From the NCBI GenBank assembly GCA_036785375.1, contig JAWMAR010000243.1, positions 1-64,000 on the forward strand: DNA of 64,000 nt, given 5' to 3'. The translations under genes and the position numbers were made by a program. The notes below the pieces were generated by a model. The model was not told the origin of the DNA and made no database searches. It saw only the letters and a list, made by a program, of their open reading frames with translations. Position 1 is the stretch's first letter, and every line of letters begins with the position of its first letter. This document shows, one piece after another, positions 34,927-47,922 of the stretch. This DNA comes from Leucoraja ocellata (Eukaryota).

Positions 34927-36914
34927 GTAAACATTCTTTAAACGCAGTTATATTACTGTAACCCAAAGAGATTTACAACATGTGCTAAATTTGTTAATGC
35001 CAATGACTGGAAACATACAAATTAGGAGCAGAATAAATCCACCTGACCTCTTGAACTTGCTCCACGATTAAATAAAATACAGGCTGATCAGATTATAACC
35101 TCAAGTCCCCTATCCACTTTCCAGCATAGCTTCTGGTCATCTTAAACTCCTTTGCTTTTGAAAAAATCTGTCGTAAAAATACTCAAACTCTGCCTCCACT
35201 GCCCTTTAAGGAAGCCTCTTGGCCTAGCTTAATGTGGTTGGTCCAGAGCAAACATCAATGTTGTTCACAGTTTACACCTTAGGACTGAAAGCACTTGAGC
35301 ATCTCTACTTGTGTACACTGCCCTGTTTCTTGAAGTCAATAACTTGACACCAAATTACTTCTACCTTTTCACTACCTAATTTCCGCCCCATCCGTCAACA
35401 GATTTAATAATGTTTACGTTTGCATAAATAGTTAAATAATTGAGGCATCAGCAGTATATCCCTGTGGCATATCACTTGATACTCTTTGTCAACCAGAAGA
35501 AGACCCTTCTATATCTACTGTGTTTCCTGTTAGGCAGTCAACCTACCCATGCCAATATGTTATTTCCTGTATAATATTGTTTCCTCTCAGCAATAATCCA
35601 AATATTGTAGAGAGGTTATCCTGTTCATTCTAAACTAATATTGTTATCGATGTGAATCAAGTACAAATTAGCTATTGATTTTGCTACTCGGTTTGCCTTT
35701 CTTTTAAGAAACTTGAGTAATGATAAGCAACAAAGATAATTCAAAATTAACAACACAGAATTTGCAGAGGCCAAAATCTTTTTTGTAAACTTAAATAATG
35801 TAAAATGATCAGACAATAAAATCAAAACCAAAATATTGCAGGTGTTGTAAACTAATATAAGAAGAGAAAATTCTGGAACTATTCTGCAGCCCAGGAAGCA
35901 TATGTGGAGTAGGAAACAGGTAATATTTTAGATCAATGAGCTGCCAAATTAGTTGATCACAACAGGATAAGGTGGCAGTAATTGTTCTTCTGTCTGTAGA
36001 TTAGTGAAGGGGGGAGTGCAGGACGGGGATTGTAGCGTCAAAGAAGAAATCTGCAGGATGTTCCTGGTCATGCAAAGCCTGCTGGAAAATGCACACTGGG
36101 GATAGATTTGATCGAGAGTTGGCATTTATCTTTTTCAAGCATCTTAAAGAATGATTGTTAAGACTATAGATAACATGGTAACTTTTCTCATGAATGAGTT
36201 GCTGGCGAGGAGATGATAAAATCAGCAAAATGTGCTTTATCATTTTGCTTCCTAACACCAGCTGGTGTTTGACATTTGTTCACTAATGAGATGAAATGGG
36301 TTGTGAGTTACTCTTATAATGCTGTTTGAAGAATTGGGTCAGCTAAGTCAGCTGGATTATCTATAGAATTTTTCCTTCTTATGACTTATCCACATTGTCT
36401 CATGTAACCAGTGAAGATCTTTTAATCCTGCACTGCAGGTAGGTTTATATTATTGTACACTTTAAAGATTAGTATGAATTAAATTGCAGAGGTCAGCGGT
36501 TACTTAATCTTGGACGAGGATAGGTAGATTACGTGCTAAGAGTGGTGTGTTTTCATCAAATATAAATTCATCTCTTAGCTGACAAAGTTTTAATAAGATG
36601 TTTAACGATACAAATGTACATCTATGTTGTTACAACAGAAGTTAGTGTATCATAACTTTCAGTATCACAATTCTGTAAATTGCATTGCACAGTTTATTTG
36701 TACACCCTTTGTTAAAGCACAAATTATAAAAAGTAATAAATCTCACAATTAATTGGGGTTGTAAATTGCAATAAAATGGTTAAATCAAAATAAAATGGAT
36801 ACAATTATTAAATAATTTTGTCAACTCCTCTGGCTGTTCGTGTGTCACTGACATGTCTCTTAAGGTCATTTGTATCCTCTGCCTAACCTAATATAAGCAG
36901 GTTAATCAAAACAA

Positions 36915-37905
36915 TGGTGGAATAACTCAGCAGGTCAGGCAGAATATGTGGAGGGTATGGATAGGTAACATTTCAGTTTGGGATTCTTCTTCAGACTCCA
37001 ATCCCTCCACAGATGCAGCCTGACCCACTGAGTTACTTCAGCACTTTAAGAATCCTTTATTTCATGATCTTTACAGTAAGCAAGTTGAGCCACAACTCTG
37101 ACAAAAAAAAAACTCCTGGAGAAACTCAGTGGGCCATGCAGCATCTGTAAAGCAAAATGAACAGATGACGTTTTGGGTCAAGATCCTTCTTCAGACTGCT
37201 GCCTGGCCCGCTGAGTTACCCCACCAGTTTGTTTTTATTTACTCAAAATTCCAGCATCTGCTGTTTCTTGTGTGTCTGTTTTGTACTATATGTACCACAG
37301 GGGGGAGCTAATGTGCAGGAAAGAACTGCAGATGCTGGTTTTAATCGAAGGTAGACACAAATTGCTGGAGAAACTCAGCAGGTCAGGCAGCATCTCTGGA
37401 AAGAAGGGATGGGTGACGCTTCTGGTTGAGACCCTTCTTCATGCTTTCCTTTGACATTAGTGCTTTGTATAAAACAAACTGTTTTTGCTGCTCTTAAGAA
37501 TTTTGGGGAACCCGGCCCGAATTTCCTATTGCCAATGCAAAAATTTACACTATGTTACATAGAATATTGTTACAATATGTTAGATAGAATATTGCAGAAG
37601 GCAGCTGTACAGTGATGCAATTACTTTTTTTGCTGACATTCCAGGAAACCAGGAAGAATGCCCGGACTGGTTTCAGAAACATAGAACAATGAAGCAATTA
37701 ATTTCACTTGGCTAAGCCATGCCAATATGACAGCAAGGTAGACACCAAAAGCTGGAGTAACTCAGCGGGACAAGTACCATAAGGGTCTCAACACAAAACG
37801 TCACCCATTCGTTCTCTCCAGAGATGCTGCCTGTCCCTCTCAGTTACTCCAGCATTTTGTGTCTATCTTCGGTTTAAACCAGCATCTGCAGTTCCTTCCT
37901 ACATA
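36915..37905. mobile_element. Cluster of four PLE-terminus mini-elements in QSOX2 intron 10
   Basis: Copies near 36915-37050, 37105-37275, 37312-37442 and 37735-37905 with aactcagc / gctgagtt arms. Confidence 0.7.
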
Positions 37906-39479
37906 TAAAAGGGCAGCTCAGTTTGTCCTATTCCCCAATTCTGTTCCCATAACCTTGCATGTTCTTTCCTTCCAGATTGGGTTTCTTATAATGTGACTTG
38001 CCTCGGGCATTTAATTGGATTAGTCATGTAAACAGTCGTTTATAAGAGCAGAAGTTCAGAACTGTGCTCAGCTGGTTCACCTGGATAAATTGACTGAGGG
38101 CAGTTTAGGGCAACCAAAATATGGCTTTTTGAAATATAGTGTACATTTCAAGAGCCTGCTAGTGAAAATTATCCATGATTACTTGAGAATAAGGTAATGG
38201 AGTAAACTGAGAAAGATGAGACTTTATGAGTGACCACGATGGATAAATAAATTGGGAATGGTAGGCTATGCACAAAAAAAAATTACTTGGATGACCTAAT
38301 AATTAATTGAAAAAGAGTGGCTAAATTAAGGGGAAATATGTAATTGTCCCGAATTTCTTTGTCTTTCAGCCTACATAACAAAAAAAACCACTTGTTTTTT
38401 TGCCTCTTATTTTTCCCCTTGTTGCTTTCTTTACTGAAATTATAGAGCACTGTTTTCCTTAATGACTTGAGATGGTAATGTGTACTAGATCAAGGTTAGT
38501 CCCATACTTCTGATAAATTGCTGTAGGATTAACTGAAAGCTCTTGAGTTTTTTGCTACGAGCCGCAGAATAATATCATTAATAGGTAGAGTTTTCATGAT
38601 AGCATAATGGATTAGTGTGATGGATGGCATATTTTTACATTTCACCAGCTTATAAACAACTGATCTCATTAATTTTTCATGCTGTTCCTTTACTGGATTC
38701 TGTTTTTCAGGTATTTTAGTCAGATATACGTGTTGGCATTAATGATGATTATTAGTACTTTTTGACAAAATATTTCTGAATTGTTGATAATGAGTATTTA
38801 CAGTTGTTTGAAAGAGGCAATGGGCCTGAGAGTTTGCTAGATCATTTAATTTTGTGGGCAAATGTGTTGAAAATAAAATATGTACATAGAATAATAGCAC
38901 AACCCTTTGGTCCACAATGCCATCCACGATACCAGTCAAAACTAATTCCATCTGACTACACATTGTCTACAATCATCCATTCCCTGTTTATTCATATGCC
39001 TTTCTAAATGCGTATTACTCATTGCCATCATATCTGCTTCCACCAATTCTCGCATTCCATGCACCTACCGCAGTGAGACACAAAAAGCTGGAGTAACTCA
39101 GCAGGACCTACCGCTCTCGGTACAAATAAACGTGCCTTGCAAATCTTTTATACCTTTCTCCTTTCACCTTACAGCTGAGCGAGTTGCGTTTGACATTTCC
39201 ACCTTGGCGAAAAAGACTCTTACTATCTACCTTCAGGCCCAATTAGAGTAATAAGACCCAATTAATGTAATTTAAATTAAATTAAGGTTATGTTGTGGCA
39301 GGAGAACCAGGATCCATGGCAACAATCCTCCAGTCCTTCATGGGAAATCAGTGGCACTTCCACATTTCCTGCTGACCTCGAGTTGGAAATGTAACACAGG
39401 AACAGATGCTGCTTCACTGCATTTTGAAGCTGAAGTTAAAGCTACAAATTAATTAATTGGCAAGCATGGTATGGGTACC

Positions 39480-39960
39480 TGCTAGGCACAGTAGACAAAT
39501 CCCCTGTTTCCATCTCCCTCCGTCAGATATACAGCTTTGGATATTGTTTGGGGCGGTGGCTTGTCAGGTAAAGGCCACAGCGCCCAAGTTCATGAAAACA
39601 TGGTTGGCTGTGAGTGGAAAATACTTGAAGAAATAGGGTGCTAAGGGAGATAATTATAAGCAGAACAAGAGGGTATTTCTCCTTCAGTATTCAGTGAGAA
39701 CGGGAGAAACGGAATGATGGTGGAGTAGCATTGCTGGTTAAACAGGAAATTAATGTAACAGTGAAAAGGGATATTAGCTCAGATGATATGGAATTTCTAA
39801 CAGTAGAGCTAAGAATTACCAAGGGCACAAAATGTTAATGGGAGTTTTATGTAAACCTCAGACAGCAATGGTGATGATTGGGGATAATATTGTAGATGAA
39901 ATAAGAAGGGTATGCAATAATTGTGCAGTAGTGATCAGGGTGATTTTATTCTGCGCTAAT
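39480..39960 (+). mobile_element. Highly degenerate CR1 ORF1 and endonuclease remnant
   Basis: PVSI.L..RYTALD.V and GVALLVKQEI...VELR..KG.K.L.GV-like motifs. Confidence 0.45.
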
Positions 39961-40277
39961 TAAGGCTGGATTTATGCTTTTTGGAAAATTATGATTTGCA
40001 CATTTTCTCTTTGAAAAGAATAGGGTGTAACCAAATTGGGAAAATAATTAATGATTAAGACTTAAAAACAAGTTTTGAAATTAGTGTTCTTTTTCAAATC
40101 TGAAGAAAAATTAAACAGAACTTTCCTTCACAGAATACCTGTCAGGATAAAAGAGATCATAAGGCTCGTAAATTTAATTTTGCAGGACTAAAGGATTGCC
40201 GGTGCTGTGACTCCATTGAACAGAGGCTCTTGTATTAAGTGCCTTCCTTGTTCCTAAATATTTTTTTTTCTGTTTAG

Positions 40278-40466
40278 GTTTTGACAATGGGCCTCAGGTA
40301 GTTCTACAAGTTATCAGAAGATACATTCATCATTTCTTCGGCTGTAGGGACTGTGCGCTACACTTTGAAGAAATGGCTAGAGAGTCAATGGCTGAAGTGC
40401 AAACACTAGATGGTGCCATTCTCTGGTTATGGAAAAAGCATAATGAAGTGAACATTAGACTGGCAG
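40278..40466 (+). CDS. QSOX2: QSOX2 exon 11 (FAD-proximal CRDC)
   Basis: tgtttag|GT...G|gtaaga; [62 protein letters not shown]. Confidence 0.96.
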
Positions 40467-40509
40467 GTAAGATAAGTTGATTAGAAGTAAGCAACATTGG
40501 TTGTGTTGC

Positions 40510-41275
40510 CATAATCATCATACTTTATTAGCCAAGTATGTTTTGCAACATACGAGGAAATTGATTTGCCATACAGTCATACCAATAAAAAGCAACAAAA
40601 CATACAAAATACATTTTAACACGAACATCCACCATAGTGACTCCTCCACATTCATCACTGTGATGGAAGGCGAAAAAAAGTTCAATCTCTCCCCTTCTTT
40701 GTTTTCCCCCGGTCGGGTCGTTGAGCCTTCCGTTGACGGGCGATCTTGGCTCCCGTAGCCGGTGGCATTTGAGCCCTCACATCGGGTTGATCAAGTTTCT
40801 GCATCAGGGGAGGGGGGTTCTCAGCTCCCCCGCACCAGGCGATCTGACCCCAGGTCGGGGCTGGTTGAAACCTTCTGCATCGTTTGGAGCTCCCGACATC
40901 AGTCTCTACCCAAAACTGCGATGGTGAAATCCGCAGGCCGTGGTTGGAGTGTCGATCCCAGGCACGGGATCGGCTCCGATGGTATGTCAATATCCCCGCG
41001 TTGGGCTAAAAGTCAGTCCAGAGCAAGGCTGCCAGCTCCATGATGTTAGGCCGCAGAGCAACCGGAGATACGATCCGGGAAACAATCGCATCTCTGGCAA
41101 GATAAGAGATTTTTTTAAAGTTTCCCACGACCCACCCCCCCCCCCCCCCCCTCCACCCAACACCCACATAAAACAAACTAGAGATCATTAACATACTTTT
41201 AAAACACGCTAAAAATAAAAGACTAAAAGACAGACAGAATTGGCAAGGCTGCCATCGTGGCGCCACCCGGTGGTA
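40510..41275 (-). mobile_element. Non-autonomous retroelement, copy C (most complete)
   Basis: Minus strand begins ggtggcgccacgatggcagcc, has a G-tract, and ends gtatgtt-gcaa-aacatac-ttggct-AATAAA-gtatgatgattatg. Confidence 0.75.
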
Positions 41276-43509
41276 TGTGCCAACCTTTAATGTTTAAAGA
41301 TCAGCAGAGTACCCACAATGTAAAAGATTTTATTTCCGTGCAGTAGCTTTGGTCAATTGAGGGAAAGGGCATTGAAGATCAGGGGGTCCTCAAGAGCAAT
41401 TGAGAAAGTTAAATCTTTTCAAGGATACTTCACACACATCCTTGAATCATTTATATTCTGTCGTCTTAGAAATTTCATCCTGTTAAAGGGCTCCAAATAG
41501 AACATCTGTTTCAAGATTCTGGTGTCAGGAATGTAATTACCATTGCCTCACCAACAGAGAGCCAACTGACTCTAGTCTGAACAAGGGTCTAGACCCAAAA
41601 CATCACCCATTCCTTTTTTCCAGAGAGTCTGTTCAGTTAGCCTCTGTACAGAGCTGGGATATATAACTGCGATCCTCTTCCTTCCAGTTGGAGTGGATCA
41701 TCTGCTTTTATTCCATCTCCCTGCTGTTTGTTGGTATTTACATCGACACAACTGCCTTCAATTAATCCAGATCTTGAGGCTTATATCTCTCCAACTCTGT
41801 ATACGTGCGCTTGTGGACTAACAGGACAGTCACTGTTGCTTAGTTAGTGTATGGGGTATATCGGGATTATGAGGGGGGGCAGCGAGTATCATTTAATTTT
41901 ATTTGGAGAGGGGGCATCTCAGGATCAAAATATTATATACCTCAACAAATGCAAATGAGGTTGCGCTAACATTCCATGTTCACATAACCAGAATTAGATT
42001 CCTTATGATTAAACGTGAATATTTCAATTGGCGGAATTGTAACAGTTAACTTAACCTGGCTTTGCATATCGTATGGTGGTGTAAACATGTAATATGTAAA
42101 TTTCCTGCTTTGTTCTGCACCCCCATTGTTGAGTGAGGTCATTGTTTGGAAGTTGTATTCAATTACCACTTGAATGCAAGTGGACTGTTAAGTACTGTTT
42201 TGCTAATGTCAGAAAAGAAAGGAGAGGGCATCTTCTCAAGCACGTATTTCTGAATTATTGCTCCCCAATATAGATGAATCGTTGTATTTTTTGTAAAGGG
42301 CCACCCTTAGAGGGCAGTTTGATCAGGCTTTGTTGTGTATTTTATTCCATATGTATTTTTCCCTATCTATACCATATTCTGAATACCCAAGCCTGTCTAA
42401 TGATCCATAAAATTGATCCCATTTACTAACACAAGGCCAAATGGCGAGAACAATGATTGATACTGACAAACGTACAATAACACCACAGCAAGGGTGTGCA
42501 CAAATTAATTGTGCTCTGCAGCTGCAGCTACACTAGTCAACATGTAGTGGCTACTTGTGTGATTCAGCCTGTATATCTGTATATCTGCTTTTTGTTTTGT
42601 GCGGTATGAAGGAAATATAGACTAAGGCTTACAAGACATCTGTGTTCGATCGTTGTTTATTTTATTTTGCCAATATAAGCAGCACAGGACTTGCATGTCC
42701 ATTGTGTTTTTGTAACTGACTGTTTGGAGGGATCAAGTAAAAGAGGTCGCTGTGACACCCAGGAGATGGTCGCATTTGAAAATTCAGCCCTTTACGCACT
42801 GCCTGCACTCGCCCCATCTTTGGAGAATTATGACATGCAACCTGTCATCTGTCGACCAATAACCAGTGAAAGGGAGAGTCCTGCATTCACAATCCACAAA
42901 GTAGGAGTCAGTTGGTTTTGTTTTGCTTGTGGTGTAATGAATTGTTAACCAGGCCCAAGGCCTGTACAAAAAAGGCTTCAAAGAAACAGCTGGTAGAGGA
43001 GGCAGTTACAACTGAATAATGCATCTGTCAGCGTACCTTTAAAGGCACTGTCTACATGAGACTTTCCGAAGTTAACCTTATGTTAAGAACCAGGACTGGT
43101 GTCTTTAGTTTTTCTACATTGATGCTGCAATATTTATAGCAGTTCCTGTGCAGCCTTTGCCATCACAGTTTTGCACAGAAATTAGATTGATTCGAGTTTT
43201 CCTCATCTGGAAACGTGGAAAATATGACATTGTCATGATATAGCTTGGGCATTAAATGCTTTTAATAATATATACTGGACAGTTCCCCTCGTTAATTATT
43301 CTCAACAATGCTGTTATTTTGCAATGCAAGAGAGGGCTTCAGTTTTCTCTAAATGAAAATTAATTTACACCTTCATAGGTTGTACATTTACAATTTTTTG
43401 GGGTGAATTCTACTGGCAGAAGAATTCTCACAGCCCAGCTGCATATAAAATATAATGACATAAAATGTACCTTGAATCTGGCATAAACGTTAAATTAATA
43501 TAGAATAAT

Positions 43510-43950
43510 CTCAGAACAGAACGGAATGGCACAGAAACGGGTCCTTTGGCCCATGATGTCTGTGCTGGGTATGGTGCGAAGTTAAACTAATAACGTCTGC
43601 TTGCACAAGACCCATGTATCTCTATTCTGTGCAAGATTGAAGGCCACTGTCGTATCCGCCTCCACAACGACCCCAGCAGTACCTTCCAGGTACTCACCAT
43701 TATCTGTGTATATAAAAAGAATTGCCCATGCACTTCTCCTTTAAACTTTCACTATAAAGCCATGTCCTCAAGTACTTCGCATTTCCACTCTGGGAAAATT
43801 ATTCTGGCTGCCTACCTTATCTATGTCTCTCATTATTTTATGTACTGCTATCAGGTCACCTCTTGGCCTCCACTCCAGAGAAAATAATCCAAGTTTGTCC
43901 TATCTCGTTTTAGCTAATGTCCTCTTAATTCAGACAGCACCCTGGTAATT
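43510..43950 (-). mobile_element. Degenerate CR1 3' fragment (similar ones near 1630-1850, 11150-11330, 31895-32080, 35010-35590, 38930-39230)
   Basis: Reverse complement of CR1 3' UTR and RT end (gaaacgggtcctttggccc...ttccaggtactcacca...tatcaggtcacctct). Confidence 0.6.
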
Positions 43951-44177
43951 TGCATTGACCCACAAAAAAAAACAACAAAAAAGTACTGAAGTAACAGTTG
44001 TGATTACATCTGTTTGCTGGGACCAAAAACAGGGCATCTTATGTGTTAGCACCCAGTAATTTGAGGTTGATCTTAAATTTACTCTTACATTTTAAATCTT
44101 AAATGTACTCTTGTTTACTTCCATAACAATCTGTGTTAATCTTCCAGTGTTATCTAACTTGTTTTTTGCTGCTTTAG

Positions 44178-44734
44178 GTGCTCCAAGTGAGGATCCAATG
44201 TTCCCTAAAGTGGCATGGCCAACTGCTGATGGCTGTCCTGTATGTCATGAAGAAATCAAAGGTCTCCATACCTGGAAGGAGGAGGAGGTTCTGAGATTTC
44301 TGAAATCACATTACAGTGTGGACAATATTTCATATAAATATAGTGGATATGAGCCTCAAATCCACAAGGCAGTCAATGAAGTTGTCAAAGGTAATGGAAA
44401 GAAAGGTAAAGAAAAAGGGTCACCCCAGTTGATGCATAGCCAAAAGGAGCCGAATATCGATGCCCAGAACATAGACCAAAACTCAAGAAATGGTGCCTTG
44501 GTGAAGCGAGAAAGGACTGATCTGCTGGACCAAAACATGGAAAGACAGGAACTAGACAGCTATAGAAAAGAAGTGAAACATATTTCATTTCTTGGTGTAG
44601 GCTTTTCCAGGATGGACATGAGCCTTTGTATCCTGTTGTATGCAGCTTCCAGTTTTTTCCTCATGATCATGTACTTCTATTTCCAAATGAGGTCCAAAAG
44701 GTGGAAAACCAAATTTACCCGTCCTTGTGTTTAA
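44178..44734 (+). CDS. QSOX2: QSOX2 exon 12 (CPVC, linker, transmembrane anchor, stop)
   Basis: gctttag|GT; APSEDPMFPKVAWPTADGCPVCHEEIKG...[39 protein letters not shown]; lies within ORF 44111..44734. Confidence 0.96.
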
Positions 44735-45460
44735 AACAATGTAATTCCTGGATAATGAATGGCTCATCTGTTTTGTATAGGTAGCTGTTCTGGTGAGGAT
44801 ATTTGTTATCTCCAGATCACACCACCATTTGTTATGAATATCAGTCTGGACAATGATGTTTAGGTCTAAGGCGTGACTCAATTGTGAGTATCTTTGAGAA
44901 ACTCAATCACTTTTAGGCAGCATGATAAGTACTTAAGTTGTTTGTGTGCCTTTTTGGAGGAATTTACAATCATGCCCACACATCATCCCTGCGCTGCTCA
45001 TTTCTGATTGCTGATTCTGGTATGATGTTTTGAAATTAGCAAATGTGCTATTCATCATTGGATGAGGAGTTGGGATATGTTGCATGATATGAACCTGTGT
45101 CTTTTTAAGTTTTCTTGAAGTTTTCCCTCTTTTTCTTCCATCTACTCTTTTTATTTTCCCTTTAAGTTGAATAGAATTGAAAAAGCTGCGGAGAGAATTT
45201 GGACATTTATTGATCTATTTTATGATTGGAGCATGAGGTTGTATTCTTGATCTGATGCTTCTGCAGTTTTAACTACCCCAGTGGGATTTGTGAAGACACA
45301 CTAACTGTCCCCAGTGTATGTTGCTGGACCAATAATTTAACTAGTTTATCAGTCTCGTGGAGGACCTCCTAACATCTTCTACCAAACTAATTAATTGAAA
45401 TATCCTCTGATCCTACGCCTCCAATTCTAATTTGAGATGATATTTAAGTTTACCAAACTG

Positions 45461-45466
45461 AATAAA
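45461..45466 (+). terminator. Candidate proximal poly(A) signal of QSOX2
   Basis: AATAAA about 0.7 kb after the stop, followed by U- and GU-rich sequence (ttgtgttggttt). Confidence 0.45.
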
Positions 45467-47901
45467 GTCATTTCATTTATTTAATAATTGTGTTGGTTTA
45501 GGCATCAGGGTGTGCAGCGCTTGCTATGTGGCAATACCAGCCAGAAATGTTCTCCAAATTATTTTCTGTTTTTCATCAGATTCCTTGCTCAGTCAGTGAA
45601 AATAGTATATTTTTGGAAAATGTATTTTTTCAATGATAAAATAATGATACTTAAAAAAAAAAAAAGCCTGAATGAAAGTCAATTTGACCTTATTTTAACC
45701 GTTGTAGCTATACCAATTTTAAAGTAGAGTGCCCTGGTGAGACCTAGTGCTTATATTTTTGCTTTCAGAAAAGCCTCCTGTTCTAAATTTTTTAGTAGCC
45801 CATCTGCAAGATTAATGAGCAAACTCACCAGCATGATGTTTAGAAAAACTGGGACAGTGAGGGAAAAAAATGAATTAAAAATAAAAAAGCTGACAGCAGT
45901 TGGAGACCCGCCCACAAGAACAGGAGTCTATATTGTGTGCTTGATGATCTCCTCGAGGTGACAACATTTTTGTTCTTCTCAAGAAAAGCTGCCCCACATG
46001 ATTCTGAGTTGTCCTAAATCTAACAAACACACCCACACCTGCCACAATATTGTATTTATTCTAAGACAATATCCGATATCCACACAAAACCTCCAGAAAT
46101 GTGGTCAAGGATCTCCCTCGCTGCACATTTTGTTCAGGGAAGATCTGGTCAGGGCCTGTGCGTTTCCTAGGGGGTAGGTGTTAGTTCTCAATAATAGGGA
46201 AATAATGAGTTCTAATTGCTTAAACAATGAATATTACGTTAGCCAACTATTGGCCTGAGCTTGTTCTTAACATATGAAATACCAATGCCTTGGTGTGCCA
46301 AACTACTTCAAACTCAAGATCACTCCCAATTATTCCAGGTCACCCTGCCAACCTTCCAGCTAAAACTATCCCTGACAATCTCTACTACAGAGCTAACTGC
46401 AGAAAGGCAATTTATTCCCTTAGTCCGGAGATCTCGTTATCTAAATCGATACCCACAAACTCAAAGCTCAATCCCACCATCCTATCACTGCCAAGGGATA
46501 GAGCTCAGGGATAATGAGGATTCCATATCTACCTCTAGCATATAAAATACCGTTATAACACTAAAAGGCAAGTGTAAAGATCTCCTACACCGTCAAATAT
46601 TATTATGTAACTTAATTAAAACAGGGCCTTGTTTAAAGTTAATGAGTAATAAAATTAAACGATAAGTTAAGCTTAAAAAAAAAATCAACCTAATGGGTTG
46701 GCTTATGCTTTTGTGGGCAAAGATTTGATGCGCTAGTGGCAGTCTTACTTATTAATTTTAACACAAAGATGTGAAACATAGTGGGTATTTGAAATATATG
46801 ATCCACAAGAAATCAAGGTTCCTTTGGCAGACAGGATTTGCATATTATTAGGCCTAATTATTTTTAAGCATGCAGAAATATTTCCTCTGACATCAGATGC
46901 ACTCCTATTGACTCTCCACTATCTTGCTAATCTTATTTCACTGCCCAAGGACCATTCATTCTGACAAAATGTCCAATTTGTTTAACCTCTATTTGAAAAT
47001 GATCTTTGTTTAATAATATTAGATGTTTTCCTGTGAATAGAATGATTACTGTTAGTTCAGTCTTTTAAAATATTTTTGGCAGAAGGAATAACCTGATCTT
47101 GAAAGGTTATAAAGACATATTAAATATTCTACCAATGCAATTGATAAATTATGAATTTGGAGTCAAGGTACATTCCAATGATGTTCTCTCAGCATATTTG
47201 TTGCTGATGAGCTCTTAATTCATCTTGTGCCACAAATAAACCTGATGTTTTTGATATTTCACTCCAAGTATCTTGCTCCTTTTTTGTTCCATTTCCAGAC
47301 TTTTGCTCTGAGCTATCGAAAACATGTATTAAGACCAAACTCCTGTATGTCTTCAGACAGAAAAGGGAAATGTTTATGTTGAATTGTAACACTGTCTGCC
47401 TGCCCAACTTTGAAGTGTCCAATTGCCTTGTATTTGGTTTCACAACATCCCATTCCTCAGCAACACAACAGCATCTTTTTTTTTTTTAGAGAGACCTAAC
47501 TGTGCTTTAAAACATTTGAAAAGTCCCACTAATGTTCAGTAGCATTACCTACAGTATTAATTGGTGAAATAACATTCCATTCCCAGCTTGAAATTTAAGA
47601 TTCCGTTGCATGATGGGGAAGAAAATTCCATTCAGTATTTGTCGGCTTCAGTTTTTGAATAGATTGAGTGCCATTTGTTCATTCAGCAAGCTGCCATCAC
47701 TTTCAAAACGTTACTTAAATATAATTGATGTCTGGTTTAATTTATTTATTTTGTTCATAGCTGCCTTGGTTTTTCAGTTTACTGAATTGTTCCTTCATGA
47801 TATAAAATGTCAGTCAATGCCATATATTTTCATTAGGAGCAAATGTACACTATTTTGTACTGTTTAAAAAAAAAAATTCAAGGACGGTTAATCCTGTTTG
47901 A

Positions 47902-47922
47902 AATAAATTATCCTGCAATAAA
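47902..47922 (+). terminator. Candidate distal poly(A) signals of QSOX2
   Basis: AATAAA at 47902-47907 and 47917-47922, preceded by TGTA elements (aaatgtacactattttgtactg). Confidence 0.55.

Larger units (their letters stand above)
7382..44734 (+). other. QSOX2: QSOX2 (quiescin sulfhydryl oxidase 2), spliced CDS span, 12 exons, 686 aa
   Basis: Exon lengths 274+101+49+106+91+146+144+130+123+151+189+557 = 2061 nt, open and in phase. Signal peptide, Trx1 WCGHC, Trx2, HRR, Erv/ALR CRDC, CPVC, and a C-terminal TM ([29 protein letters not shown]) of QSOX2 type. Confidence 0.95.

Noticed and set aside
7382-44734. Calling the gene QSOX1 because of the CEP350-like neighbour and the CRDC motif
   Set aside because: Exons 2-4, 8, 9 and the TM tail ([49 protein letters not shown]) match QSOX2 as recalled.
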